Assembly: GCA_963825135.1 (NCBI GenBank)
Contig: CAWGRW010000009.1
Span: 1,440,001-1,504,000, forward strand
Direction: 5' to 3'
Origin: an uncultured bacterium
GTDB lineage: Bacteria; Desulfobacterota_D; UBA1144; Nemesobacterales; UBA2774
DNA length: 64,000 nucleotides
The position numbers and the translations under genes were made by a program. The notes beneath the pieces are model-generated. The model was not told where the DNA came from and searched no databases. It saw nothing but the letters and a program-made list of their open reading frames with translations. Within the stretch, counting starts at the first letter, position 1, and each line of letters starts with the position of its first letter. Below are positions 10,771-21,365 of this stretch, piece after piece.

Positions 10771-10992
10771 ATGAGCGCCGAAAATACTGATCAGAAAAAA
10801 TGCAGATGCGGGCATACGAGGAACCACCCGTGGATTGTGCCCAAGCCGAGTTATACAACCTGGGGATGGATCCTCGTCGGCTTCGGCATCAGCCATCCTC
10901 CGGTCGCCGTAAACTTCGTATGTGACAAATGCGGCGAGGTATTCGAAAGGATTACGGACCGCGAATCGCTTAAACAGCATACTTACCGTTAA
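10771..10992 (+). CDS. Small hypothetical protein, predicted membrane-associated zinc ribbon
   Basis: 73 aa, CRCGH...WGWILVGFGI...CDKCG; upstream TTGATT-N16-TAGAAT. Confidence 0.7.
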   Translation: MSAENTDQKKCRCGHTRNHPWIVPKPSYTTWGWILVGFGISHPPVAVNFVCDKCGEVFERITDRESLKQHTYR

Positions 10993-11092
10993 TTTTAGTG
11001 GAACCCGTTCAGGCGCGCATGGCGATTCACGCCCGGGCGGCAATAAGGCGGCCGTTTCATCTCACCCGGGCCATACGCCGCAGCGGTCTAAT

Positions 11093-12026
11093 ATGAATAA
11101 ACCATCATCGGGCCGGTTGGCTCTTAGTTGCTTGTTATCTCTCGCGGTTTCGCTCCTTGCGGCCGTGTTTTTGTTCCCGTCGAGCGGGTCCTGCTCCGTC
11201 GCGGTCCCTCCCGGGGAGCTCGAGAAGATCGGGGCGCTCGTTTACAGGAACGAGTGCGGAGGGAAAGTGGAAAACCTCACCGCCTGGAACGAAGGAGAGG
11301 AGTTCGCTTCTCTCGGCATAGGTCATTTTCTCTGGTATCCGGAGGGAAAGGAGTACCCGTTCCACGAATCGTTCCCCTCTCTGTTCGAATTCATAAAATC
11401 CAAGGGCGCTCCGGTCCCGGAATGGATGAACGAGCTCCCTGTGTTCGACCTGCCCGTGGAATTCACGCAGTGAGTTTTATAACGACTTCGATTCTCCCAG
11501 AATGGTCTCCCTCAGGAAATTAATGGTCGACACAATAGCGCTTCAGACCCTTTTCATCGTTGACCGTATGGAAAAAAGCCTTCCGGAGATACTGAAGGCG
11601 GCCCCTGCCGGGTCCCGGAGCAATATCGGAAAACAATTCTACCGCGTCGCGGACTCGACGATGGGAATGTACGTGCTGGTTGATTATGTGAATTTCAAGG
11701 GGGAAGGGGTTTCGCCCAAAGAGCGTTACAAAGGGGAGGGCTGGGGCCTTCTCCAGGTGCTCGAAAATATGCGCGGAGATGAAAAGGGACCCGAGGCCCT
11801 CCGCGAGTTCGCCCGCTCCGCCGAGGCCGTGCTTGAGAGGAGGGTGCGGAACTCCCCGCCGTCGAGGAACGAGAAAAAATTCCTGCCCGGATGGAGGAAC
11901 AGGATCAGGACGTATGGGCCTGAGAATATCGATTCATACGAGGGCAGCCTTCGATACGAAGAGGAAGTACCGCCCGTTCAATATGCAGCCGGAATGTACG
12001 GGGAGCTTTTTTGCGGGTCGAATTAA
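11093..12026 (+). pseudogene. Exported conserved hypothetical protein split by a +1 frameshift (pseudogene or sequencing error)
   Basis: Signal peptide then LTAWNEGEEFASLGIGHFLWYP; the frame carrying 11502..12026 reads CPWNSRSEFYNDFDSPRMV from 11451; removing one C in GACCTGC (11447-11453) joins both parts. Confidence 0.75.
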
Positions 12027-12153
12027 TCCCTGAGCCCGTAGGCCCGCGCCCGCGGGGTTATTTTTTCCCGGACGATGCGCTATAATTTATTCTCACAAAT
12101 TTGAAGCCGGTATTTTCTATTCGTGAATACCGTTCTTGATACGGGGATCATAC

Positions 12154-12573
12154 ATGCGGACTTTGGCGCTTGATGTAGGCACGAAGACGATAGGCGTCGC
12201 GGTAAGCGACGAGCTCGGTATAACGGCGAACGGTGTTGCCACGATAAGGAGAAAAGATATCGAGTACGATAAAGCCGAGCTCGGCAGGATAATCGAACGG
12301 TATACCCCTTCCGAGCTCCTGGTCGGCATACCTTACAGGAGCGACGGGAGCGTGGGGAAGAGGGGTGAGGATATAATGAGGTTCGCGGAGATACTAAAGA
12401 AGACCTTCGATCTGCCGGTACTTTACTGGGACGAGAGTTTCTCCACCTCGGACGCCGAGCGGTTTCTTATTGATGCGGATGTCGGGCGCAAGAGGAGAAA
12501 GCAGGTTATAGACAAAATGGCCGCCGTATATATACTAGCCGAATACCTCGAGTCGAAGAGGCCTGTAAAGTAA
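12154..12573 (+). CDS. ruvX: YqgF/RuvX RNase H-fold nuclease (pre-16S rRNA maturation)
   Basis: LALDVGTKTIGVAVSD, WDESFST, IDKMAAVYIL. Confidence 0.94.
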   Translation: MRTLALDVGTKTIGVAVSDELGITANGVATIRRKDIEYDKAELGRIIERYTPSELLVGIPYRSDGSVGKRGEDIMRFAEILKKTFDLPVLYWDESFSTSDAERFLIDADVGRKRRKQVIDKMAAVYILAEYLESKRPVK

Positions 12574-12590
12574 GGAAGATACTGGAAACG

Positions 12591-13382
12591 ATGCCATACT
12601 CAAGCGCTAACGGTATGAATATTTATTACGAGGTCTACGGCGAAGGGTTCCCTCTTCTCCTCATCGGCGGTCTCGGCAGCCAGATCGGGAGCTGGGCGAC
12701 GCAGGTGCCTATCTATTCGAAGCACTTCAGGGTGGTCGTCTTCGATAACAGGGGGGCCGGGAGGTCTCAGAAGCCCGAGCCTGGTTACGGTACGGAAGAC
12801 ATGGCCGACGACGCGGCCGCGCTTATGGCCGCGCTCGACATTGAGGCCGCGCACATAGTCGGGAAATCCATGGGCGGCATGATAGGTCAGTGGCTCGCCA
12901 TAAAGTACCCGGAAAAGGTTTCAAAACTCGTGATGGGTTGTTCTTCCGCATCGAGAGACGAGGTAGGCAACCTGATACTGCGCACAGGCCGGGAGATTGC
13001 GTCCAAGGTAGGGATGAAAGCCGTCTGGATCATGGCGCTTTACCTGGGGTATACGAGGGAATATATAGAGAAAAATATCGGGTCTCTCAACGGCGTACTG
13101 AACGCCATTCCGGAGGACGCGGACGCGCTCAGGGGTTATATCGGCCAGAGCTACGCTGTGGAAGGGCATGATACCACCGATTTGCTGAACAGGATAAAGG
13201 CACCCACACTCGTAATGATGGGCGAATCCGACATGACCACCGCACCCAGGCGCACGCGGGAGCTCGCCGCACTGATACCAAACTCGAAATTAAAGGCTTT
13301 TGAAGGCGTGGGCCACGGTTTCTGGAGGGAGAGACAGGATGAAGCCGACGGTCTCGTCCTCGATTTCCTGCTCAACAATTAA
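12591..13382 (+). CDS. Alpha/beta-fold hydrolase
   Basis: FDNRGAGRS, GKSMGG nucleophile elbow, GESD, GVGH. Confidence 0.92.
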   Translation: MPYSSANGMNIYYEVYGEGFPLLLIGGLGSQIGSWATQVPIYSKHFRVVVFDNRGAGRSQKPEPGYGTEDMADDAAALMAALDIEAAHIVGKSMGGMIGQWLAIKYPEKVSKLVMGCSSASRDEVGNLILRTGREIASKVGMKAVWIMALYLGYTREYIEKNIGSLNGVLNAIPEDADALRGYIGQSYAVEGHDTTDLLNRIKAPTLVMMGESDMTTAPRRTRELAALIPNSKLKAFEGVGHGFWRERQDEADGLVLDFLLNN

Positions 13383-13383
13383 T

Positions 13384-14085
13384 TCAATTCAGGTTTCTCT
13401 TCTCGATTATTTCATTCCTTCTTCTGGAAGTGACGGAAATGATATCGAGCCTCGTCTCGAGGTCTTTAATGATCGCCCCCGCCCTCTTCTCTACGCTAGG
13501 TTCCTCGAGGAACGATTGTTTGTCGAATACGTTTGACAAAGTGAGGGTCGCAAGCGCGTCAGTCAGGCTTTCGAGCGGGAGTTTCGTATTAATGTTTATT
13601 CTGTGAGACTTCCGCTTCTCGTCGAGTCCGAAATTCCATCTTGTTACGAGGTCTTCGATCTTTTGCCTGTAAGTCTCTTCGTTCGGGCAGCGGGCGCTCT
13701 CGACGATCTCCACGCGGGCGAGTCTGTAGGGGCTCTGTTTCGCTATCTCCAGGATTCTTACCCTTTTCAGACCGTAGAGCACTATGTTGATTCTCCCGTC
13801 GTCAAAGGCCTCCGAGCTCACTATTCTTCCCATCCCCACCACGTCAAATACTTCGGGGTTCCCATAGTAGTTTGCCTCCCAGCCCGGCTTGAGGAGGGCC
13901 ATGCCAATAATCCTTTCCGACTTACTTGCGTCGCTGACCATCTGCCTGTATCTGGGCTCGAATACGTGGAGCGGCAGGAGCGTGTTGGGGAAGAATACGA
14001 CCGTGGACAATGGGAAGAGCGGGATCATTCCCGAAAAATTCTTGAGGTTGCATACGTCTTTCAGGTCGAGTGGGGATAAGTCCAT
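13384..14085 (-). CDS. Stand-alone Lon N-terminal (substrate-binding) domain protein
   Basis: IPLFPL..VFFP...LPLHVFEPRYRQM signature, no AAA/protease domains. Confidence 0.9.
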   Translation of the reverse strand: MDLSPLDLKDVCNLKNFSGMIPLFPLSTVVFFPNTLLPLHVFEPRYRQMVSDASKSERIIGMALLKPGWEANYYGNPEVFDVVGMGRIVSSEAFDDGRINIVLYGLKRVRILEIAKQSPYRLARVEIVESARCPNEETYRQKIEDLVTRWNFGLDEKRKSHRININTKLPLESLTDALATLTLSNVFDKQSFLEEPSVEKRAGAIIKDLETRLDIISVTSRRRNEIIEKRNLN

Positions 14086-14282
14086 GGTAGCTTTATTCCG
14101 GGCTCATAATTATCATTCGTTACTTAGTATAGCATAATAGTCCCGATTGTTTACCGCTTATTCGCCGGGGTCCGGGGGTTACAGGTAAGCGTGAAAAGAT
14201 ACAGGCCGCTGATTGAATCCATCTATACAATGGATATATCTAATAACGTGTATCGTGCATTTCATATCAGGAGGTCTGCTAT

Positions 14283-14606
14283 ATGGGCAAAATAGTTCAC
14301 ATTACCGATGACAGCTTCGAGGAAGAGGTGCTTAAGTCCGAGCTGCCGGTGCTCGTCGACTTCTGGGCCGAGTGGTGCGGGCCGTGCAGGGCCCTTGGTC
14401 CGACCCTCGAAGAGATAGCGGCCGATTACGAGGGCAGGGTGAAAATTGCCAAGCTCAACGTTGACGAAAATCCCGGAAACACTCGCGCCTTCGGAATAAG
14501 CGGCATCCCCACGATGATACTGTTCAAGGGGGGTAACCCCGGCGGCCGCATTACGGGCGCGCTTCCGAAGAAGCATATCACTCAAGTGATCGAATCCGAG
14601 CTTTAG
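14283..14606 (+). CDS. trxA: Thioredoxin
   Basis: VDFWAEWCGPCR, KLNVDENP, GIPT; AGGAGGT RBS. Confidence 0.97.
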   Translation: MGKIVHITDDSFEEEVLKSELPVLVDFWAEWCGPCRALGPTLEEIAADYEGRVKIAKLNVDENPGNTRAFGISGIPTMILFKGGNPGGRITGALPKKHITQVIESEL

Positions 14607-14845
14607 GTGATGCTAATCAGGCGGCATCATTTATGAAATAACGATTTCAAGAACCGGCTCCGGCGGCGGATGAGCATAGGGCCGCCTCGCCTTCTCTCGA
14701 TAGCGGTTCTACCGAAAAAGATCCTCTCCCTCACATGGACCCGTCATCGTTTTTACAGGTAATATCCGGGCGGTATAATATAATCCCCGGTCATTCTGTA
14801 TGAGCGTTATCCCGCTTCGAAGACGGTCCGCCCGGTCACCCCGGT

Positions 14846-14874
14846 TTGAACCGTATTTACCGTTCGGTTAGAAT
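14846..14874 (+). promoter_or_regulatory. sigma70-type promoter, following gene probably leaderless
   Basis: TTGAAC-N17-TAGAAT ending 6 nt before ATG 14881; no SD. Confidence 0.6.
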
Positions 14875-14880
14875 TTCGAA

Positions 14881-15438
14881 ATGGCTAAGAAAAGGATAAC
14901 CAAGGTTTACACCAAAACCGGGGACGAAGGGCTTACCTCTCTAGTGGGCGGGATGAGGGTGAGCAAGGCATCCCCGAGGGTGGACGCCTACGGGGACGTG
15001 GACGAGCTTAATGCGGTGCTCGGGCTTGCCCGTGCGGCCGTGCTTAACGAAAAGCTCGCGGGAATACTGGAGTCCGTACAGAAGGACCTCTTCATTGTGG
15101 GGGCGGAGCTCGCAAGCCCTCCCGGTCTCGAGGTGCCGAGGATAGGGGAGGACAGGATAAAAGCACTTGAGTCGGCTATTGACGGCCTGCTTCTGGAGCT
15201 CGAACCCCTGAGGGAATTTATCCTTCCCGGCGGTAAGCCCGGCGGCGCGTATCTCCACTTCGCGAGAACAGTCGCGAGAAGGGCGGAGAGGAAGATCGTC
15301 AAGCTCATGGAGGACGACGAGGTAGGAAAAAACGTTCTCATCTATATCAACAGACTCTCTGATCTGCTCTTTGTAATGGCGAGGATAGAAAACCGGGACG
15401 GTGAATTCAGCGAAACTTACGCAGAGTTCAGGCGATAA
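14881..15438 (+). CDS. PduO-type ATP:cob(I)alamin adenosyltransferase
   Basis: KVYTKTGDEG, AYGDVDELN, FILPGG, ARTVARRAER, YINRLSDLLF. Confidence 0.94.
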   Translation: MAKKRITKVYTKTGDEGLTSLVGGMRVSKASPRVDAYGDVDELNAVLGLARAAVLNEKLAGILESVQKDLFIVGAELASPPGLEVPRIGEDRIKALESAIDGLLLELEPLREFILPGGKPGGAYLHFARTVARRAERKIVKLMEDDEVGKNVLIYINRLSDLLFVMARIENRDGEFSETYAEFRR

Positions 15439-16088
15439 TGAAACAGTCACCTCATTCGGGAAATTACATAGTCAACCCGGAAATCGAAGCGTATATTGAG
15501 GGCCTGACCCCTTCGGAGGATAAGGTCCTGATTGATATGGAGGAACGCGCCCGCCTGGACGATTTCCCAATAGTGGGACCCGTGGTCGGACGGCTGCTAT
15601 ACCAGCTCGCGTTAATCGGCAACGCCAAGACCGTGCTGGAGTTAGGCTCAGGCTTCGGTTATTCGGCGTATTGGTTCGCAAAAGCCGTAGGCGAAGCGGG
15701 CTCCGTCATATACACCGACATGTCCCATGAGAACGCCCTACATGCGGAAGGATTCCTCGACAGGGCGGGATTACGGGGGAGGGTGGATATACGCACGGGG
15801 GACGCTCTACGGATTCTGGATGAGTCCCGGGGCGGATTCGATATTATTTTCAACGATATCGATAAGGAAGATTACCCGCGCGTGGTCGCAGTCGCCTATG
15901 AAAAATTAAGGAGAGGCGGGTTGCTGATAACGGACAACGTCCTCTGGTCGGGCAGGGTGCTTAGGGACGACGGTCAGTCCGGCACCGAAGGAGTCAGGGA
16001 ATTCACGCGGCTCCTGCTTTCCAATAAGGGCTTCTTTACGACTATAATCCCCGTGAGGGACGGGGTCTCGGTAAGCGTGAAATTATAA
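15438..16088 (+). CDS. Cation-dependent O-methyltransferase (CCoAOMT/YrrM-like)
   Basis: LELGSGFGYS, FNDIDKEDY, GGLLITDNVLWSG, RDGVS. Confidence 0.9.
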   Translation: MKQSPHSGNYIVNPEIEAYIEGLTPSEDKVLIDMEERARLDDFPIVGPVVGRLLYQLALIGNAKTVLELGSGFGYSAYWFAKAVGEAGSVIYTDMSHENALHAEGFLDRAGLRGRVDIRTGDALRILDESRGGFDIIFNDIDKEDYPRVVAVAYEKLRRGGLLITDNVLWSGRVLRDDGQSGTEGVREFTRLLLSNKGFFTTIIPVRDGVSVSVKL

Positions 16089-16139
16089 CCATCCTCAAAT
16101 GATCAAATACAGATGCAATACGGAGACGGAGAGGACTGC

Positions 16140-18788
16140 ATGAGCAAAGCGTCGAAGATTATTCTTGATAAGGGTGATTTGTTCCGGACCCTCAAGGACA
16201 GGCTCTCGCGAAAGAACACTGAGCTCATGGCGTACCATCAAAGCCAGGCGAAACAAAATAAGGCTCTGTCAGGGAGCATACTGGCGAAAAAAAGGTCCGA
16301 GATCGTGGACAAGCTGATTAAACAGGCCCTGTCTCAGCAGGGGTTCAACGACTTGAAGAACGTTTGCGTTGTCGCGCTGGGAGGCTACGGAAGAAACGAG
16401 CTCTGTCCTTATTCCGACGTGGACATCATGTTCCTATATAAACCCCGCAATAAGACCCTGGCGAAGGAAGCGACCGAGCGGCTCCTATACCTTCTCTGGG
16501 ACCTCGGCCTCGACGTCGGCCACTCGGTCAGAACGATTGACGAGTGCATTGAGCTCTCTCAGGAAGAAGATACGACGATACTTACTTCCATTCTCGACAG
16601 CAGGTTCGTGTCGGGGGACGAACAGCTCTACGTAGAGCTGGATAAAAAACTTTACTTCAATCTCCTCCCCACTATTTCAAACAAGTTTATCCAGAGCAAG
16701 ATAAAGGAGAACGAGGAGAGGGTCAACAGGTTCGGGAGGTCTGTGTATCTTCTCGAGCCGAACGTGAAAGAAGGGGAAGGCGGACTTAGGGATATCCACT
16801 ACGCTCTGTGGATCGCCCAGGCCAGGTTTAAGGTCAAGTACTTCTCGGATCTCCTCCCCAAGGGGATATTGATGGAGAACGAGATCAGGATATTCGAGAA
16901 GAGTCTCAATTTCCTCCTCCTCATAAGGTCCGAGCTCCATTACCTCGCGGGCAGGAGAGAGGACAGGCTCGGGTTCGAGTTCCAGGAGAAGGTCGCCAGG
17001 TTTCTGGGCTTCAAGGACGGCGAGCTTCCGGCCGTGGAAAGGTTCATGAGGATCTACTATCTCCGCGGAAACGAGTTGAGGGAGCAATCGAAAAGACTGA
17101 TAGAAAAGTGCCTGGTCGGACACAAGTCCGTCTTCCGCAGCGCTAAAGCGGTGGCTCTCGACAACGGATTCATAATACAGGGCGGGATGCTCTCGGTCGC
17201 CCATATCAACATTTTCAAGGATAACCCGGCAAACCTGATGAGGGCTTTCGAGTACTCCGACAAGTATCAGGTGAAGATGAGCAATTACCTTCTCGACCTG
17301 ATCAGGGAAAACGTGAGCGTCTCGACCATGGACGAGAGCCTGAGGGCGAACCCCGAGCTTAACGCGTCTTTCCTGAGATTGCTAAAGAAGGGGAAGAACG
17401 TTGCGGATACGCTTTTCGAAATGAACCGGCTCCGTTTTCTCGGACACTACATCCCGGAATTCGGAAAGATCGTCTGCATGGTTCAGCATGACGCCTACCA
17501 TGTCTATACAGTCGATGTCCATTCGATATTCATGGTGAGGGAAATAGAGAACCTGCTCAGCTACAAGTATGAAAAAGAACTTGCGCTTCTCACTAAAACT
17601 GCCGAATCCCTTGTCAGCAGGCACGTCCTCTACCTTGCGTGTCTCTTTCACGATATGGGCAAGGGGGAGGGAAAAGACCATGCGGAAAAAGGGGCGGCCA
17701 TGATACCGAGGATCGCTAAAAGGATGGGGCTCTCCGCGACCGAGGCGCAGCAGCTTGAATTCCTCGTGAAGAACCACCTCCTTATGTCTCATTTCTCACA
17801 GAGGAGGGACATACACGACTACAGTCTCATCGTGAGGTTCGCGAAGGCTGTGAGGACCCTCGATACCCTTTCGCTGATCTACCTTCTGACTTTCGCGGAC
17901 ATCAAATCCGTCGGGCCCGACGTGTGGACCAACTGGAAGGGGATGCTCCTGAGAGAGCTCTTCATAAGGACTGCGAAGGTTCTCGAAAGGGGAAGCTTTA
18001 AAAGCGAGGACAGGCTTGCGAGGCAGAAGAGGGTGATCGATGAAGTTATAAAAATACTGGGAAACAAGGTTACGAAAAAGTACGTAACGGCCGTCCTCGA
18101 AGCTATGCCGGAATCGTACTTCCTCGGTTTTTCGCCGAGAAAGATTGCATATCATGTCGGTCTCATCAAGAATTCGAGAGACGCCGTGGGTATGGATGTG
18201 CTCTTTTATCCTCATGAGGAATACAACGAGTTTACGTTCTGGGGGTTCGACGAGCCTGGTATATTTTCAAAGCTCTGCGGAGTTATCAGGGCCTCGGGTC
18301 TAAATGTCCTCGGAGCGCGAATCACGACCAGGACCGACGGCAGGATCCTCGACGTTTTCTATGTGAACAAACTCGGCCAGTCCGTGAAAGAAGGGGAAGA
18401 GGTGTGGGACAAGCTGAAAGAAAATATGGACCAGGTGCTTACGGGCAAGAAAGACGTGGAAGTGCTCGTCGCCAAGAGGAGACAGGGGATGTCTCTGTAC
18501 AGCAAGGCGATACCGCAGTACCCGACGAGGGTCCTGGTCGACAACGAGTCATCCGATGCGGCCACTGTGATAGACGTAATCACGTATGACCGCGCCGGCT
18601 TGCTGTACGACATTACAAAGACCATGAAGGACCTCGGTCTTTCAATCGAATACGCGAAGGTCTCCACAAAGGTCGATCAGGTGGTCGACGCTTTTTACGT
18701 GGTGGATATGAACCATAAAAAAATAACGGATCCGGACAAAATCGAAGAGATAAAGGCTGCTTTACTTGAATCGATAACTTCCGGATAG
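16140..18788 (+). CDS. glnD: Bifunctional PII uridylyltransferase/uridylyl-removing enzyme
   Basis: ALGGYGR..LCPYSDVD, LLEPNVKEGEGGLRD, YHVYTVDVH, LFHDMGKG, two C-terminal ACT domains (DEPGIF, DRAGLL). Confidence 0.96.
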   Translation: MSKASKIILDKGDLFRTLKDRLSRKNTELMAYHQSQAKQNKALSGSILAKKRSEIVDKLIKQALSQQGFNDLKNVCVVALGGYGRNELCPYSDVDIMFLYKPRNKTLAKEATERLLYLLWDLGLDVGHSVRTIDECIELSQEEDTTILTSILDSRFVSGDEQLYVELDKKLYFNLLPTISNKFIQSKIKENEERVNRFGRSVYLLEPNVKEGEGGLRDIHYALWIAQARFKVKYFSDLLPKGILMENEIRIFEKSLNFLLLIRSELHYLAGRREDRLGFEFQEKVARFLGFKDGELPAVERFMRIYYLRGNELREQSKRLIEKCLVGHKSVFRSAKAVALDNGFIIQGGMLSVAHINIFKDNPANLMRAFEYSDKYQVKMSNYLLDLIRENVSVSTMDESLRANPELNASFLRLLKKGKNVADTLFEMNRLRFLGHYIPEFGKIVCMVQHDAYHVYTVDVHSIFMVREIENLLSYKYEKELALLTKTAESLVSRHVLYLACLFHDMGKGEGKDHAEKGAAMIPRIAKRMGLSATEAQQLEFLVKNHLLMSHFSQRRDIHDYSLIVRFAKAVRTLDTLSLIYLLTFADIKSVGPDVWTNWKGMLLRELFIRTAKVLERGSFKSEDRLARQKRVIDEVIKILGNKVTKKYVTAVLEAMPESYFLGFSPRKIAYHVGLIKNSRDAVGMDVLFYPHEEYNEFTFWGFDEPGIFSKLCGVIRASGLNVLGARITTRTDGRILDVFYVNKLGQSVKEGEEVWDKLKENMDQVLTGKKDVEVLVAKRRQGMSLYSKAIPQYPTRVLVDNESSDAATVIDVITYDRAGLLYDITKTMKDLGLSIEYAKVSTKVDQVVDAFYVVDMNHKKITDPDKIEEIKAALLESITSG

Positions 18789-18830
18789 GGTCCATTTCAT
18801 AATTTATTTCAACGGACATAAGAGACGTAT

Positions 18831-20432
18831 ATGACGAGATTTCGGACGGGCGCTTCGAGGGAAACGGAGATACATTCGGATTTTCTGATCATCGGAAGCG
18901 GCCTCGCGGGTCTGTATGCGGCCCTTTACGCCTCCGGGTTCGGCAGCGTAACGCTGCTCACGAAATCTACTGTCGAAGAAAGCAATTCCTACTGGGCGCA
19001 GGGCGGCATAGCCGCGGTCGTGGACCCCGAGGATTCGACCTGGTTCCACATAGAGGACACCCTGAGGGCGGGGAGGGGGCTAAACAACACCGAGGCTGTC
19101 GAAATCCTGGTTAACGAGGGCAAGGAGCGTGTAAAGGACCTCATCACGCTCGGGATGAAGTTCGATACGGGGGCAAAGGGGCTCGAGCTCGGGCTCGAGG
19201 GCGGGCATACGAAGAGGCGCGTGCTTCACGCGGGAGGCAGCTCTACCGGAAGGGAGATGGTCAGGTTTCTCATAACCGCTGTCGAGAACAATAAATCCAT
19301 ACGGAAGTTCGAAAGCACGGGCGTAATCGGGTTATTTTCGGACGGTGCGGCATGCTCCGGAGCCCTGGCCCTGGACGCGGAATTAAATCCGGCGGCGTTT
19401 GTCTCGAAGTCCACGATACTCGCCACCGGCGGGGCTTCCGCCCTTTACGAGAGGACCACGAACCCCGAGGGCTCTACCGGCGAGGGTATAGCGCTTGCCT
19501 ACAAAGCCGGCGCGGAAATCTCCGATATGGAGTTCGTCCAGTTTCACCCCACGGCTTTTTACAACGAAAACGGAGCGAGCTTTCTCATTACCGAGGCCGT
19601 GCGCGGGGAAGGCGCATACCTTCTCGACAGCGCAGGCAAGCGGTTCATGCATAACTACAGCGAGCTCGGAGAGCTCGCGCCCCGGGACGTGGTCTCCCGC
19701 GCGATCTACCTCGAGATGAAAAGGTCGGGCAGGGATTATGTCTATCTGGACATGAGGCACCTGGACGCGGGCTATATCAAAACCCGTTTTTCCAACATCT
19801 ATCAGGCATGTTCGAGCTGCGGAATAGATATGACGCAGAACATGATCCCGGTCGCTCCTGCGGCTCATTATACTATCGGGGGCGTAAGGACGGGTCTCTA
19901 CGGGGAGACGAACATAAAAGGGCTCTTCGCCTGCGGCGAGGTCGCGTGTACCGGCGTCCACGGGGCGAACAGGCTCGCGAGTAATTCGCTTCTCGAATGC
20001 ATGGTCTTCGCCAGGCGCGCCGTAGACGGGGCGAACGTATCGTCGTGGGACCGCTCCCGAGAGTCGGTTCTGGATATAGACGGTTCTGTCTTCGAGCCCG
20101 CTGCGTCCCATAAAAAATTGTTCGACGAATGCAAGGCTGCCGCCTCGCGAATAATGAACAGGCATGTCGGCATCGTCAGGAACGGCAAAGGCCTCGGGGA
20201 GGCCCTCTGCGAGTTGAATGATCTTTCGGGTTACGTGGATAAACTATCGGGTTACTACAGGCTGAAGCTGGAGATGATCCTCGAGGTATCCTCCATAATA
20301 GCAAGGTTTTCCCTCCTGAGAGAGGAATCGAGGGGCGTGCATATCAGAGAGGATTTCCCCGGCGAGGCCCCGGGATGGAAAAAACACATTACGCTTATGA
20401 AGGGGGAAGAACCCGCCGCCGTCCCTGTCTGA
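18831..20432 (+). CDS. nadB: L-aspartate oxidase
   Basis: GSGLAGL, SYWAQGGIA, EGGHTKRR, QFHPT, ELAPRD, HGANRLASNSLLE, ESRGVH. Confidence 0.96.
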   Translation: MTRFRTGASRETEIHSDFLIIGSGLAGLYAALYASGFGSVTLLTKSTVEESNSYWAQGGIAAVVDPEDSTWFHIEDTLRAGRGLNNTEAVEILVNEGKERVKDLITLGMKFDTGAKGLELGLEGGHTKRRVLHAGGSSTGREMVRFLITAVENNKSIRKFESTGVIGLFSDGAACSGALALDAELNPAAFVSKSTILATGGASALYERTTNPEGSTGEGIALAYKAGAEISDMEFVQFHPTAFYNENGASFLITEAVRGEGAYLLDSAGKRFMHNYSELGELAPRDVVSRAIYLEMKRSGRDYVYLDMRHLDAGYIKTRFSNIYQACSSCGIDMTQNMIPVAPAAHYTIGGVRTGLYGETNIKGLFACGEVACTGVHGANRLASNSLLECMVFARRAVDGANVSSWDRSRESVLDIDGSVFEPAASHKKLFDECKAAASRIMNRHVGIVRNGKGLGEALCELNDLSGYVDKLSGYYRLKLEMILEVSSIIARFSLLREESRGVHIREDFPGEAPGWKKHITLMKGEEPAAVPV

Positions 20433-20483
20433 CGGGTATATTGTCAGGGGGGGGACTCACGAGCCGGGGGTATAATTTATTCA

Positions 20484-21329
20484 ATGAAAAGAATAGAGCT
20501 CGACTTTAACCGCATAGACCGTATTATCGAATACGCTCTCAGGGAGGACCTGGGGGAGGGCGACATTACTACCAACGCGCTTACCTCGGAGAAGGAGGAT
20601 AGCAAGGCGGTAATACGTGCGAAGGGAAAGGGGGTTATAGCGGGCCTCCCGATCGCCAAACGTGTTTTCCAGAAACTCGACCCGACTGTGGTGTGCGTTG
20701 ATAATACAAGCGACGGAGACAGCGTAGGACCGGGCGACATACTGTCCGAGATAAACGGGGGAACGAGGGCGCTCCTCTCGGGAGAACGGCTGGTCCTCAA
20801 TATTCTTCAAAGGCTCTCGGGCATTGCGACCCTCACGGCAAAATACGTAAAGGCAGTCGAAGGCCTGCCTGTAAAGATTCTGGATACCAGGAAGACCGCC
20901 CCCGGACTGCGGATGCTCGATAAGTACGCGGTTTCCGTAGGCGGCGGCTATAACCACCGTTTCGGGCTCTACGACGGGGTGCTCATAAAGGACAATCACA
21001 TTAAAATAGCCGGAGGAGTGAGCGAGGCTATTGCCATCGTCCGAAAAAAGTACAAGCAGAAATACAAGATCGAGGTGGAGACCTCCGATATTGAAGAGGT
21101 GAAGGAGGCACTTATAGCCGGGGCGGACATCATAATGCTCGACAACATGAATACCGAGCAGATGAGAAAAGCCGTCAGGCTCATAGACAGGAACGCCCTT
21201 GTAGAAGCCTCGGGCGGTATTACATTAAAGAATATACGCGAGGTCGCGGGAACGGGTGTGAATTTTATATCCGTCGGCTCTCTCACGCACTCGGCCCCGG
21301 CTTTAGATATAGGGCTATATGTGGTATAG
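20484..21329 (+). CDS. nadC: Quinolinate phosphoribosyltransferase
   Basis: EDLGEGDITT, DTRKTAPG, NHRFGL, LIKDNH, IMLDN, EASGG. Confidence 0.97.
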   Translation: MKRIELDFNRIDRIIEYALREDLGEGDITTNALTSEKEDSKAVIRAKGKGVIAGLPIAKRVFQKLDPTVVCVDNTSDGDSVGPGDILSEINGGTRALLSGERLVLNILQRLSGIATLTAKYVKAVEGLPVKILDTRKTAPGLRMLDKYAVSVGGGYNHRFGLYDGVLIKDNHIKIAGGVSEAIAIVRKKYKQKYKIEVETSDIEEVKEALIAGADIIMLDNMNTEQMRKAVRLIDRNALVEASGGITLKNIREVAGTGVNFISVGSLTHSAPALDIGLYVV

Positions 21330-21365
21330 TAATTTTATTAATGATGTTAGTAAGTTGAGGAATGA

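Noticed and set aside
14607..14880. Cobalamin riboswitch before the adenosyltransferase
   Set aside because: No B12-box; the promoter sits directly on the start codon
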